From Sulfuricurvum sp. (GTDB lineage Bacteria > Campylobacterota > Campylobacteria > Campylobacterales > Sulfurimonadaceae), in the NCBI GenBank assembly GCA_041661705.1, contig JBAZTZ010000009.1, positions 9,050-73,049 on the forward strand: 64,000 bases of DNA. Reading direction: 5' to 3'. This document shows, piece by piece, positions 47,641-56,208 of this stretch. Within the stretch, counting starts at the first letter, position 1. Every line of letters begins with the position of its first letter. Made by a program: the position numbers and the translations under genes. The notes below the pieces were generated by a model that worked only from the letters and a program-made list of their open reading frames with translations, ran no database searches and was not told the origin of the DNA.

Positions 47641-50364
47641 TTACTTCAACTCACCCCAGTGATTCCCTATATTCATCGAAGTTTTTAGGGGAATACCTAA
47701 CATCATAATTCCCTCCATTAGCTCTACAAAACGGTTTGCATATTCTTCGGCAACCTCTTCATCGACTTCAAAAATAAGTTCATCATGGATTTGAAGAAGC
47801 ATTCGCACCCGTAGCCCTTCATTACGAATAACCGCATCAATTTTATTCATAGAGAGTTTAATAAGATCGGCAGCAGAACCTTGAAAAACGGCATTAACGG
47901 CTTCGCGCTCGTAAGCGGCTTTGAGCATAGGAGTAGCAGTTGCAAAATCAAAATAGCGTCGTCGGTGTAACAATGTCTCCACGTAACCTAACTCTTTGGC
48001 TTGCTCCACAATACGGCTAAAATATCCCTTGACACTTGGAAAGGTTTCGAAATAGCGCTCCATAATTGCTTTAGCTTCTTTCGTCGTGATTCCCAAGGTA
48101 TCGGAGAGTTTTTTCTGTCCCATACCGTAAAGGAGTCCAAAATTGACCGTTTTGGCAATACCACGCTTGAAGGGGGCTTCTGCCTCACCAAAAAGGGCTA
48201 TCGCCGTTTGTAAGTGAATATCACGCCCTTCATTAAAGGCGTTGACCAAGAGGGTATCTTGGCTGAAATGAGCAAGAAGTCGAAGTTCTATTTGCGAGTA
48301 GTCGATCCCAATCAGTTTTTTACCCACAGGAGCAACAAAAGCTTCTCGTATGCGCATCCCTAACGCTGTTTTTACAGGAATATTTTGGAGATTAGGATTT
48401 TTGGAGCTGAGTCTCCCCGTTGCCGTCCCCGTTTGGACAAAAGAGGTATAAATACGGGAATGATTATCCGCTTTTGACAATAAAATTAAAGGCTCAATAT
48501 AAGTCGAATAGAGCTTATGATATTCACGATATTGAAGGAGCATCGGGATAATCGCGTGCTCATTTTTCAACCCCTCTAGTACGGATTCATCGGTACTATA
48601 CCCTGTTTTTGTCTTTTTACCGTGGGGCAATCCCAATGTTTCAAATAATATCACCCCTAACTGTTTGGGGGAGTTGAGATTAAAGACGGTTCCAGCTACA
48701 GTATGGATATTTTCAGTAAGGGTTGTAAGCTCGTGTGCCACTTCTGTTTTAAATATCTCAAGAACATTGATGTCGATAGCAATCCCAGCGCGTTCCATCC
48801 CAAGCAAGGTGAGGAGAAAAGGAAACTCGACAGTATACGCTTCATCCAGTGCCTCCTGCCCTCCCTTAAGGAAAAGTTGTTCTCGTAATACTTCATAGAG
48901 TCGATAGGTGATATACGCATCTTCTCCTGCATACTTACACGCATCTTCAATGGCGACGGAACTGAAATTCTCCCCTTTTTTGACCGTATCTTTGAAATGG
49001 ATCATTTCATGATTGAGAAGAGTTTGACTAAGGCTATCCATTGCTAAGGAACGGTTAGAATCCCCAAGCCATGCAATGATGATAGTATCGGCGTAAATAG
49101 TGAGCGATTCAACCTCCAAAAATCGAGTAACGAAATGGAGATCAAATTTAAGATTATGCCCAATAACGCGGTAGTTAAAAATCTCACGTATCGCCTTACG
49201 TGCCACATCAGGAGAAACTTGTTCCCCAACTCCTAAATAATTATGCCCCATCGGAACATAGTACCCCGTTTTTCCATCCAAACTAAAACTAAATCCAACC
49301 AAGGTATCGGTATGAGGATTAAGCCCTGTTGTTTCGGTATCAAAGGCGATCAAGGAATCTTTTGGAATAGAGGAGAGAAGTGTTTCCAGTGCCGTATCTG
49401 TGTCGATAAGAAGTGTGCACCCTTGCGAACTCTCACATTTTGGTGTCTCAACCATCGTTATGACAGACGGAGCTTGCACAGGTTGTGACTCTTCAAAAAG
49501 TGCTCTTGCCTTGATAGTCCGCAATACTGCATTCATCTCATAATGAAGAAGCTCATCATAAATAGGGGCAAACGGATCATCAAAGTGCATTTTATACCCA
49601 TCGAAATCAAGAGTTTCAAAAACATCCCGATGAAGCTTTACCAGTTCACGAGAACGAAACGCATCATCACGGTACGTTTCCAAAAGTCCACGTATCCGAG
49701 GCGGTGTCACTTCATCCAGACGTTCATACATAGCATCCAGTGTTACGAACTGCTTTAAAAGCTTCTCTGCCGTTACTTTTCCGATTCCCTTAACACCGGG
49801 GACGTTATCCGCTGTATCCCCGATCAAGGATTGATAGTCAATAAACTGATACGGGTGTACTCCGTATTTTTCAAAACAGTGGGTCTCATTGAGAACTTTT
49901 TTCGTCATAGCATCAACGAGAACAACAACATCATCTTCAATGAGTTGATACAAATCCTTATCATGCGAAACAATTCGAACCAAAAAGCCTTTTTCTTTGG
50001 CATGTTTTACTACCGAAGCAATCATATCATCGGCTTCATATCCGCTCATCAATAGCGATTTATATCCCATTTTTTCAATCCAGCTGATTGCAATAGGAAG
50101 TTGTTTTATTAGCTCTTCGGGTGCTGGTTGACGATTAGCTTTATAGTTCGGGTCAATTTCAGCACGAAAACTAGGGCCTTTGGCATCAAGGGCGAAAATG
50201 AGATAATCACTGCTATGATCTTTGTGCAATGAGGCGATAAAATTAATAAAGCCTGTTAACAAACCTGTCGGAAAGCCATGCTTATTTTTAAGAGGTGGAA
50301 GCGCATAAAAACTGCGAAAAAAGAATCCAAATGTATCAATGATAGTAACTGTTTGTTGTGACAT
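47641..50364 (-). CDS. polA: DNA polymerase I
   Basis: 5'-3' exonuclease (YKANR, EADD, GDTADNVPGVKGIG), FDTETTG, TGRLSSKNPNLQNIP, DYSQIELR, AKTVNFG, QIHDEL. Confidence 0.99.
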   Translation of the reverse strand: MSQQTVTIIDTFGFFFRSFYALPPLKNKHGFPTGLLTGFINFIASLHKDHSSDYLIFALDAKGPSFRAEIDPNYKANRQPAPEELIKQLPIAISWIEKMGYKSLLMSGYEADDMIASVVKHAKEKGFLVRIVSHDKDLYQLIEDDVVVLVDAMTKKVLNETHCFEKYGVHPYQFIDYQSLIGDTADNVPGVKGIGKVTAEKLLKQFVTLDAMYERLDEVTPPRIRGLLETYRDDAFRSRELVKLHRDVFETLDFDGYKMHFDDPFAPIYDELLHYEMNAVLRTIKARALFEESQPVQAPSVITMVETPKCESSQGCTLLIDTDTALETLLSSIPKDSLIAFDTETTGLNPHTDTLVGFSFSLDGKTGYYVPMGHNYLGVGEQVSPDVARKAIREIFNYRVIGHNLKFDLHFVTRFLEVESLTIYADTIIIAWLGDSNRSLAMDSLSQTLLNHEMIHFKDTVKKGENFSSVAIEDACKYAGEDAYITYRLYEVLREQLFLKGGQEALDEAYTVEFPFLLTLLGMERAGIAIDINVLEIFKTEVAHELTTLTENIHTVAGTVFNLNSPKQLGVILFETLGLPHGKKTKTGYSTDESVLEGLKNEHAIIPMLLQYREYHKLYSTYIEPLILLSKADNHSRIYTSFVQTGTATGRLSSKNPNLQNIPVKTALGMRIREAFVAPVGKKLIGIDYSQIELRLLAHFSQDTLLVNAFNEGRDIHLQTAIALFGEAEAPFKRGIAKTVNFGLLYGMGQKKLSDTLGITTKEAKAIMERYFETFPSVKGYFSRIVEQAKELGYVETLLHRRRYFDFATATPMLKAAYEREAVNAVFQGSAADLIKLSMNKIDAVIRNEGLRVRMLLQIHDELIFEVDEEVAEEYANRFVELMEGIMMLGIPLKTSMNIGNHWGELK

Positions 50365-50402
50365 TAAAAACCAATCTTAGTAAATTAAATAGTGAAGGAT
50401 AG

Positions 50403-50429
50403 CGTTCATGGTGAAATTTCCCACGAACG
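50403..50429 (-). other. Stem-loop between the HDOD gene and polA
   Basis: Minus strand CGTTCGTGG-GAAATTTCA-CCATGAACG (9-bp stem with one G-U pair), directly downstream of a TAAAAT at 50430-50435. Confidence 0.5.
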
Positions 50430-50454
50430 ATTTTACGAAAAAAAATAAAGTATA

Positions 50455-51267
50455 CTACATTAACTTATCAAGAAATTCGTTAATTGTATTTTGTAAAGCG
50501 ACTATATTAAGACCTGCTGCTTCCGCAATTTTAAGTCCTTGAGTAATAGAACGTTCTGACAGTGGCGCATTGATCGGAATAAGATTTTTGATAACATGCA
50601 AAACTGTTGAAAATTCTTTTAACTCCTCAGGTGCCTGATTCGGAGTATCTGAGTATTCAATCATCTGAACAAAATCATGATCAAAGTTCCAATGGGTAAA
50701 AATAGCCGCTGTTACTTCTGCTGTTGTTGATTCTGCATAACTACGTTCTACTATTGAAATATCAAGTGCTGTGTCAATTTCTGATTTAAAATTTGTCGTT
50801 AAATCTTCTTGAATAATTTCACTCGCAATAACTATTTTTCCTGTTTCTTGTAAAAAAGCAGCAAGAAAAAGTTTATCAGCTTTCGCACGATCAATCTGAA
50901 GATACCAACGATATGCCAAACTCCCCTGCATTGAAGAAATTTCAGCGAAACGATCTGAACTGATTCCATAGGGCTCCATATCGACATTCAGAAGCTTTCG
51001 TACCGAGTTGCCTAAACCAATAGAACGAGTCATACTCATTCCAAATAATGAGACAGCTTGCGCAACACTTACGATCTCTCGTCTTAACCCATACAACGGT
51101 GAATTGGCAGCTTTGATCAAATTAGCAACAATCATCGGATCTTTTTCAACCGTCTTTACCAAATCGCTGATAGATGAATTAGGATCATTACAAATCCGTT
51201 GCATATCAATAACTGTTTTTGGAAGTGGTGGTAACGACTTGATACTGTTAATCATAGAACTTTTCAT
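50455..51267 (-). CDS. Stand-alone HDOD-domain protein
   Basis: SLPPLP, DPMIVANLIKAANSPLYG, AVSLFG, FLQETGK (degenerate HD), HWNF. Confidence 0.9.
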   Translation of the reverse strand: MKSSMINSIKSLPPLPKTVIDMQRICNDPNSSISDLVKTVEKDPMIVANLIKAANSPLYGLRREIVSVAQAVSLFGMSMTRSIGLGNSVRKLLNVDMEPYGISSDRFAEISSMQGSLAYRWYLQIDRAKADKLFLAAFLQETGKIVIASEIIQEDLTTNFKSEIDTALDISIVERSYAESTTAEVTAAIFTHWNFDHDFVQMIEYSDTPNQAPEELKEFSTVLHVIKNLIPINAPLSERSITQGLKIAEAAGLNIVALQNTINEFLDKLM

Positions 51268-51350
51268 TATGCTCTTCTTTCATTATACTTTTTAAATAGT
51301 GCCATTATTATACCCTAACCAAGTGGTGAAGCTTACAAAATTTAAATCTT

Positions 51351-52202
51351 CTACAATGTAATCTGAGTCCCAATACCCTCAGAGGTAAAGAGTTCCAGTA
51401 AAATTGCATGTTCAATCCGTCCGTCAATAATATGAGCTTTTTCTACCCCCCCATCAACTGCTTCGAGACACGCATCCACTTTGGGAACCATTCCGCCACT
51501 AATCGTTCCATCCACTTTTAGAGTTTCTACTTGTGCTTCACTCAATGTTGAAAAAAGCTCTTTTTCTTTATTCAACACACCAGGGGTATCCGTCATAAAA
51601 ATTACCTTACACGCCCCAATCTCTTTGGCAATAAACGAAGCGGCGAGATCGGCATTAATATTGTATCCCGGATGACCGACGATAGGATCAGCACCGATAG
51701 GGGCAATAACGGGGATAAATCCTTCACGCAAGAGATTATGAATCACATCGGCTTTGACGTGCTCTACTCGTCCTGTGAGACCAAACTTGGCTTCATCTTT
51801 GGGTTTAGCCATCAAGAAATGGGCATCTTTCCCGCTAATACCAATTGCTTTGGCTCCATACGAATTGAGTAATGAGGTGATCTCTTTGTTGATCTCACCA
51901 CTAAGAACCATCTCAACAACACGCATCACTTCAGGAGTACTCACTCTCTCACCGTCGATAAACTCGGTTGGGATATTCAAGTCGCTCAAAAGTTGGCTGA
52001 TACGATTTCCTCCCCCATGAACAATGACCACTTTTACCCCAACGAGGTGAAGAAGTACAATATCTTGGGCAAATTTCGCTTTTAGTTCATCCGAACTTTG
52101 CGCCGATCCGCCGTATTTAATCACGACAACTTCATCACGAAACTCTTTGATAAATGGCATCGCATCCATAAGGGTTTTAACGGTTTCAATCTTGCGTTGC
52201 AT
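51351..52202 (-). CDS. argB: Acetylglutamate kinase
   Basis: VIKYGG, VHGGG, NINAD, GGMVPK, AHIIDGR, ELFT..G.GT. Start placed at ATG 52202 by RBS spacing. Confidence 0.97.
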   Translation of the reverse strand: MQRKIETVKTLMDAMPFIKEFRDEVVVIKYGGSAQSSDELKAKFAQDIVLLHLVGVKVVIVHGGGNRISQLLSDLNIPTEFIDGERVSTPEVMRVVEMVLSGEINKEITSLLNSYGAKAIGISGKDAHFLMAKPKDEAKFGLTGRVEHVKADVIHNLLREGFIPVIAPIGADPIVGHPGYNINADLAASFIAKEIGACKVIFMTDTPGVLNKEKELFSTLSEAQVETLKVDGTISGGMVPKVDACLEAVDGGVEKAHIIDGRIEHAILLELFTSEGIGTQITL

Positions 52203-53097
52203 AAACATAATCCTTTACAGTAGTTATTAACTCTTCATCAAGCTCCAAAGAGAGCATTAAGACCGAAAGAGTGAGATTAAAGTGCGCTATTTTAACAAAG
52301 TCTTTCTGAGTAATAAGCAAACTCGTAGCTCCTGTTCGACGAATAATACCTTGAAGCTCATCAAGCGTAAAAAAATGGTGATCTTCAAAATAGATTTTTT
52401 CAGCTACTTCAGGTAAATATGGATTCAATCTCTCAGGACGTGCAATAGCGGTTACCAATATCATACAAGACGTTGGATTCAAGACGGTTACATGACGCGT
52501 AAAGTTCTCCCCTTCTCTCACCCTAATCACTTTTTTACCACTCCACAGTTTTTCACGATATGCACCACTAGGGAGGCAAAAAGTATTAGGGGTTTCAACA
52601 TCGATCAGAAGATCAAGCTTAACAATTCCATGCTTGCCGTATCCATCATCGAGGAACACCATCGTACATCCCCTGCTTTTTGCTTCAATAATAGCAAATT
52701 CACGCTTTTCGCTAACAATCACTACGGCATTGGAAAGTGTTGTAGCATAAAGCATTGCTTCATCACCACTAATAAGAGTATCGCACAAAATAGTGCCATC
52801 TTTGACAACAATCATCCCTTTACTTTGCCTTCCATATCCACGAAGTACAATAGCAGGTCTTTTAAAATGAGAAGCAAGCGCTATGACTAATGGGGTTTTT
52901 CCGCTTCCGCCAACGGTTAAATTTCCGACACTTACGACAGGTATGCCAAATTTCTTGGGGGTACTCAGACGATAACGGATAAAACTAAGTAAACAATAAA
53001 TCCAGCTTAGGGGTAGAAGCGTATAGGAGAAGATTTTTTGCACACGTGAGGGGTGGTAGAGATAACTCTCACCCCACTGGACTAGCGAACGTTTCAA
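52186..53097 (-). CDS. lpxK: Tetraacyldisaccharide 4'-kinase
   Basis: VGNLTVGGSGKTP, LRGYG, GDEA, LDDG, LPSGAYRE, AIARPER, FEDHH, TQKD. Confidence 0.94.
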   Translation of the reverse strand: MKRSLVQWGESYLYHPSRVQKIFSYTLLPLSWIYCLLSFIRYRLSTPKKFGIPVVSVGNLTVGGSGKTPLVIALASHFKRPAIVLRGYGRQSKGMIVVKDGTILCDTLISGDEAMLYATTLSNAVVIVSEKREFAIIEAKSRGCTMVFLDDGYGKHGIVKLDLLIDVETPNTFCLPSGAYREKLWSGKKVIRVREGENFTRHVTVLNPTSCMILVTAIARPERLNPYLPEVAEKIYFEDHHFFTLDELQGIIRRTGATSLLITQKDFVKIAHFNLTLSVLMLSLELDEELITTVKDYVYATQD

Positions 53098-54212
53098 ACG
53101 CGCGTAGACGCTACTTCCAAAATTGCCTTACAAATAGCATCCACCTCTTTATCGCTCAAATCAGCGTAATTGGGGATAGAAAGGACTTGACTAAAATTGC
53201 GCAGTGCCACAGGAAAATCGTTAATACGAAGAGAATATTTCGATTTATAATAGTTCAGTAAATGCAACGGGATATAATGCAATCCTGTTTCAATACCTAG
53301 CGTACTTAATTCACGTGCAAAAGAATCTCTGTTTTTATCAATTTTAACGATATAGAGAGAGAATGAGTGGTCTTCAGCTACTATTGGCAATCGAATATGA
53401 GGAGCCTTCGCTAACTTTTTGTTAAAAATGGCTGCGATAGCTTGTTGACGCGCAATAATCTCATCTTGCTTTTCCAACTGAACTAAAATCATCGCCGCAT
53501 CAAGAGGGCTAATCGTATACTCGCTCCCAATATCACTCACGTCATAAACGTATCCGAGAGCATCATCATCGGTTGAGAGAGCATGATAGCGTAATGACTT
53601 AGCACGCTCAATAATCTCCTCATCATCACTCACCATCATCCCGCCATTACATACATTACGTCGTAAATGAGGACTAAAATCAAAACAGGTAATTGTCGCA
53701 CCAGTAGAACCTATTTTACGCCCCTTATACGTCGCGCCCAAGGCATCAGACGCATCTTCAACAATTTTTACATCGTACATTTTTGCAATTTCATACAAAC
53801 GATTCAAATCAATACTTTGTCCAGCAATATGCGACACAATCACAGCTTTGAGTTTTTTGGATTTATTTTCTGCCAAATATGCGTCTAATTTATCCAAATC
53901 AATGCTAAAAAGATCAGGATTAATATCAATAAAAATTGGTTCCGCATCAAAATGACGCACGACTTCAGGGACAGAGGGGAACGCATTGATCGAACACAAC
54001 ACTTTGTCCCCACGTTTCAAATCAATAGCTAACATTGCCAAATGCAACGCCGATGTACCATGAGAAGTTGCCAACGCATACTTCGCACCGATATAGGACT
54101 CAAAAGCCGACTCTAACTCTTCAACAATATTCGGTGCTTCACCATCAAGCACTTCATCAATCTTCTCACGCTCATCTCCGCCAACGTTAACACGGTAAAA
54201 TGGTATTTTCAT
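53094..54212 (-). CDS. DegT/DnrJ/EryC1/StrS-family protein lacking the canonical PLP lysine
   Basis: TSHGTSALHLAM, EDASDALG, FDFSPHLRRNVCNGG (the Lys position is Leu), G.HYIPLH, LSIP.Y. Confidence 0.88.
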   Translation of the reverse strand: MKIPFYRVNVGGDEREKIDEVLDGEAPNIVEELESAFESYIGAKYALATSHGTSALHLAMLAIDLKRGDKVLCSINAFPSVPEVVRHFDAEPIFIDINPDLFSIDLDKLDAYLAENKSKKLKAVIVSHIAGQSIDLNRLYEIAKMYDVKIVEDASDALGATYKGRKIGSTGATITCFDFSPHLRRNVCNGGMMVSDDEEIIERAKSLRYHALSTDDDALGYVYDVSDIGSEYTISPLDAAMILVQLEKQDEIIARQQAIAAIFNKKLAKAPHIRLPIVAEDHSFSLYIVKIDKNRDSFARELSTLGIETGLHYIPLHLLNYYKSKYSLRINDFPVALRNFSQVLSIPNYADLSDKEVDAICKAILEVASTRV

Positions 54213-54222
54213 AAAAACTCCT

Positions 54223-55023
54223 CTATAAAGTTATATCTCTTGGATAGTTAAAATCATGGTTAATTGTTCGTGATGTCAATTTCGCAATCAGTGGCATTTT
54301 TCGCTTAAACTGGTTTCGGTAAATTCGTGCTATCACCATCTCTACTAGTTCAGGGTCTTCACCTGCTTCTATAAGTTCTTCTTTAGTATAACGTGTTTCG
54401 ACGTATCCTCTTAAAACTCGATCAAGATCAGCGTAGGAATAACCAATTTCGGCTTCATCACTCTGCCCTTCCCATAAATCCGCCGAAGGAGCTTTCGTCA
54501 GTATCGAGGAATTCACCCCCAATGCGTACGCCAACTCAAAGACCTCTGTTTTGTATAAATCACCAATAGGGTTTAAGGCACTTGCCAAATCACCATATAG
54601 TGTCCCGTATCCAAGCATTAATTCACTTTTATTACTGGTTCCCAAAACCAAAGCTTCCTCACGCGCTGATATATCAAACAATGTCACCATACGTAAGCGT
54701 GCCGAAAGATTTCCAACCCGAAGGGGTGACATATCCGTCGTGCAATACGCTCGTAGCATAGTTTCAATACTGTGAGTCTCACAACGAAGGGAAAAGGTTT
54801 CACTCAGCTCATCTGCATCATCCAAACTGCTTTGAGACGAAAACTGAGAGGGCATCTTCACACACAACAGACCATCCCCAAACACCCGATGCGCCAATAC
54901 AGCAACCACTGCTGAGTCAAGTCCTCCACTTAATCCAACCACTACTTTTTTAAAACCTGTTTTGCGTACTTCATTACTCAAAAAATTCTCTAAATGATGG
55001 CTGATTAATTGGTATTTACCCAC
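54223..55023 (-). CDS. nadE: NH3-dependent NAD+ synthetase
   Basis: GLSGGLDS, GNLSARLRM, GTSNKSE, GYGTLYGD, KAPSADLW, NQFKR. Confidence 0.97.
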   Translation of the reverse strand: MGKYQLISHHLENFLSNEVRKTGFKKVVVGLSGGLDSAVVAVLAHRVFGDGLLCVKMPSQFSSQSSLDDADELSETFSLRCETHSIETMLRAYCTTDMSPLRVGNLSARLRMVTLFDISAREEALVLGTSNKSELMLGYGTLYGDLASALNPIGDLYKTEVFELAYALGVNSSILTKAPSADLWEGQSDEAEIGYSYADLDRVLRGYVETRYTKEELIEAGEDPELVEMVIARIYRNQFKRKMPLIAKLTSRTINHDFNYPRDITL

Positions 55024-55131
55024 GTGTTCACCTTATTATATTCTAAACAATTTGTATTATAACTAATCTTTTTCTATAAATTGATTCTATAGATTTTGAA
55101 AGTATAGGGCTTTATAGTAAATCAATAAAAA

Positions 55132-56208
55132 TCAAAACTGAAAAATGGCATCAACATCAGCATCTGTCGCTTCATCAGTGTCATTTTCCAGCCACATATT
55201 AGTGATAAGATGCATATTTCCAATGTTAGAAGCATCAAAAATATTTAATTTACTTTCGTCCCCAGAAGACAAATCATCATGCCATCGACCTAAATCATAA
55301 ACGAAACTTTCCAGTAATAAAAATATATTTTTTACTCGTACTTCATTCTTAGGAAGTGGATAATTCTCTAATCTAGCTGAGAATGCTGACATTGCGACAC
55401 TAAGCTCATCGAAAAAGGTATACATAGAGAGTGTCAATGCGTATTTCTTAAATAATGAAACTAGTAATGAACATGAGTAAACCGCTATATCATTGATATT
55501 GTTGATAATATCAATAACAACCAAATCAATTTCATTGAGAATCTCTTTTAGTTCGGATAAATCATCTTCAATAAAGCTTTTGATCTGCTCTTTCAAACGG
55601 TTGCTATCCACTCTCGAAATGTTTCCCGTAGCTGGCGTAGGACGATGTAGCATATTTTCTTTATTGGCAATAGTCTTCAAGAGACGTAACGATTTTTCAA
55701 GCTGTGCATTTTTTAGTGAGAGTTCATTATTTTGATTTTCTAATCGCAAGTTTAATTCTTCCAAGCGATCTACATGTGCTTCAACAAATTTATGATCACA
55801 TATTGCCATAGAAGTTTTATAAAGAGCTTGATATAGTGACTTTTGCTTAATAGGCTTAGTAATAAAAGCGGAGATTCCCATATCAATAGCTTCTGATAAA
55901 TAACCAGTCTCGTCATGAGCACTAATAATAATGATAGACTGATAGGGAGTTTGCTTTAGCAGCATACGACTTAGGTCAATACCATTCATCCGAGGCATAT
56001 TAATATCCGTTATGACTAAATCGTAAGGGTAAGCATATTCATCAAGGTGATCTTTATATTTCGCTTCCCCTTCTTGTCCATCATACGCGACATCAACCGA
56101 TTTAAAAAAGTTTTCCAAAACTTCTTTCGTACTCTTGGACAAATCTTGGTCATCTTCAACGTATAACACATGTAGATCTTTGCTGTATTCTCGTATTAGC
56201 TTAATCAT
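55132..56208 (-). CDS. Response regulator (REC + coiled coil + uncharacterised helical output domain)
   Basis: VEDD, ITDINMPRMNG (phospho-Asp), ISAH, ITKP. The C-terminal ~150 aa match no HTH, GGDEF or other output domain I recognise. Confidence 0.9.
   Translation of the reverse strand: MIKLIREYSKDLHVLYVEDDQDLSKSTKEVLENFFKSVDVAYDGQEGEAKYKDHLDEYAYPYDLVITDINMPRMNGIDLSRMLLKQTPYQSIIIISAHDETGYLSEAIDMGISAFITKPIKQKSLYQALYKTSMAICDHKFVEAHVDRLEELNLRLENQNNELSLKNAQLEKSLRLLKTIANKENMLHRPTPATGNISRVDSNRLKEQIKSFIEDDLSELKEILNEIDLVVIDIINNINDIAVYSCSLLVSLFKKYALTLSMYTFFDELSVAMSAFSARLENYPLPKNEVRVKNIFLLLESFVYDLGRWHDDLSSGDESKLNIFDASNIGNMHLITNMWLENDTDEATDADVDAIFQF

Noticed and set aside
43780-47650. Mobile-element signature around pgaBCD
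   Set aside because: No transposase, integrase, tRNA, target-site duplication or convincing terminal inverted repeat. Only a 6-bp CCCTT(T)A/TAAGGG match, which is within chance.
51290-51305. TGGCAC upstream of the HDOD gene as a sigma54 -24 box
   Set aside because: The required -12 TTGC is missing (TGGCAC-TATTT-AAAA). Two nearby TATAAT boxes are a simpler explanation.
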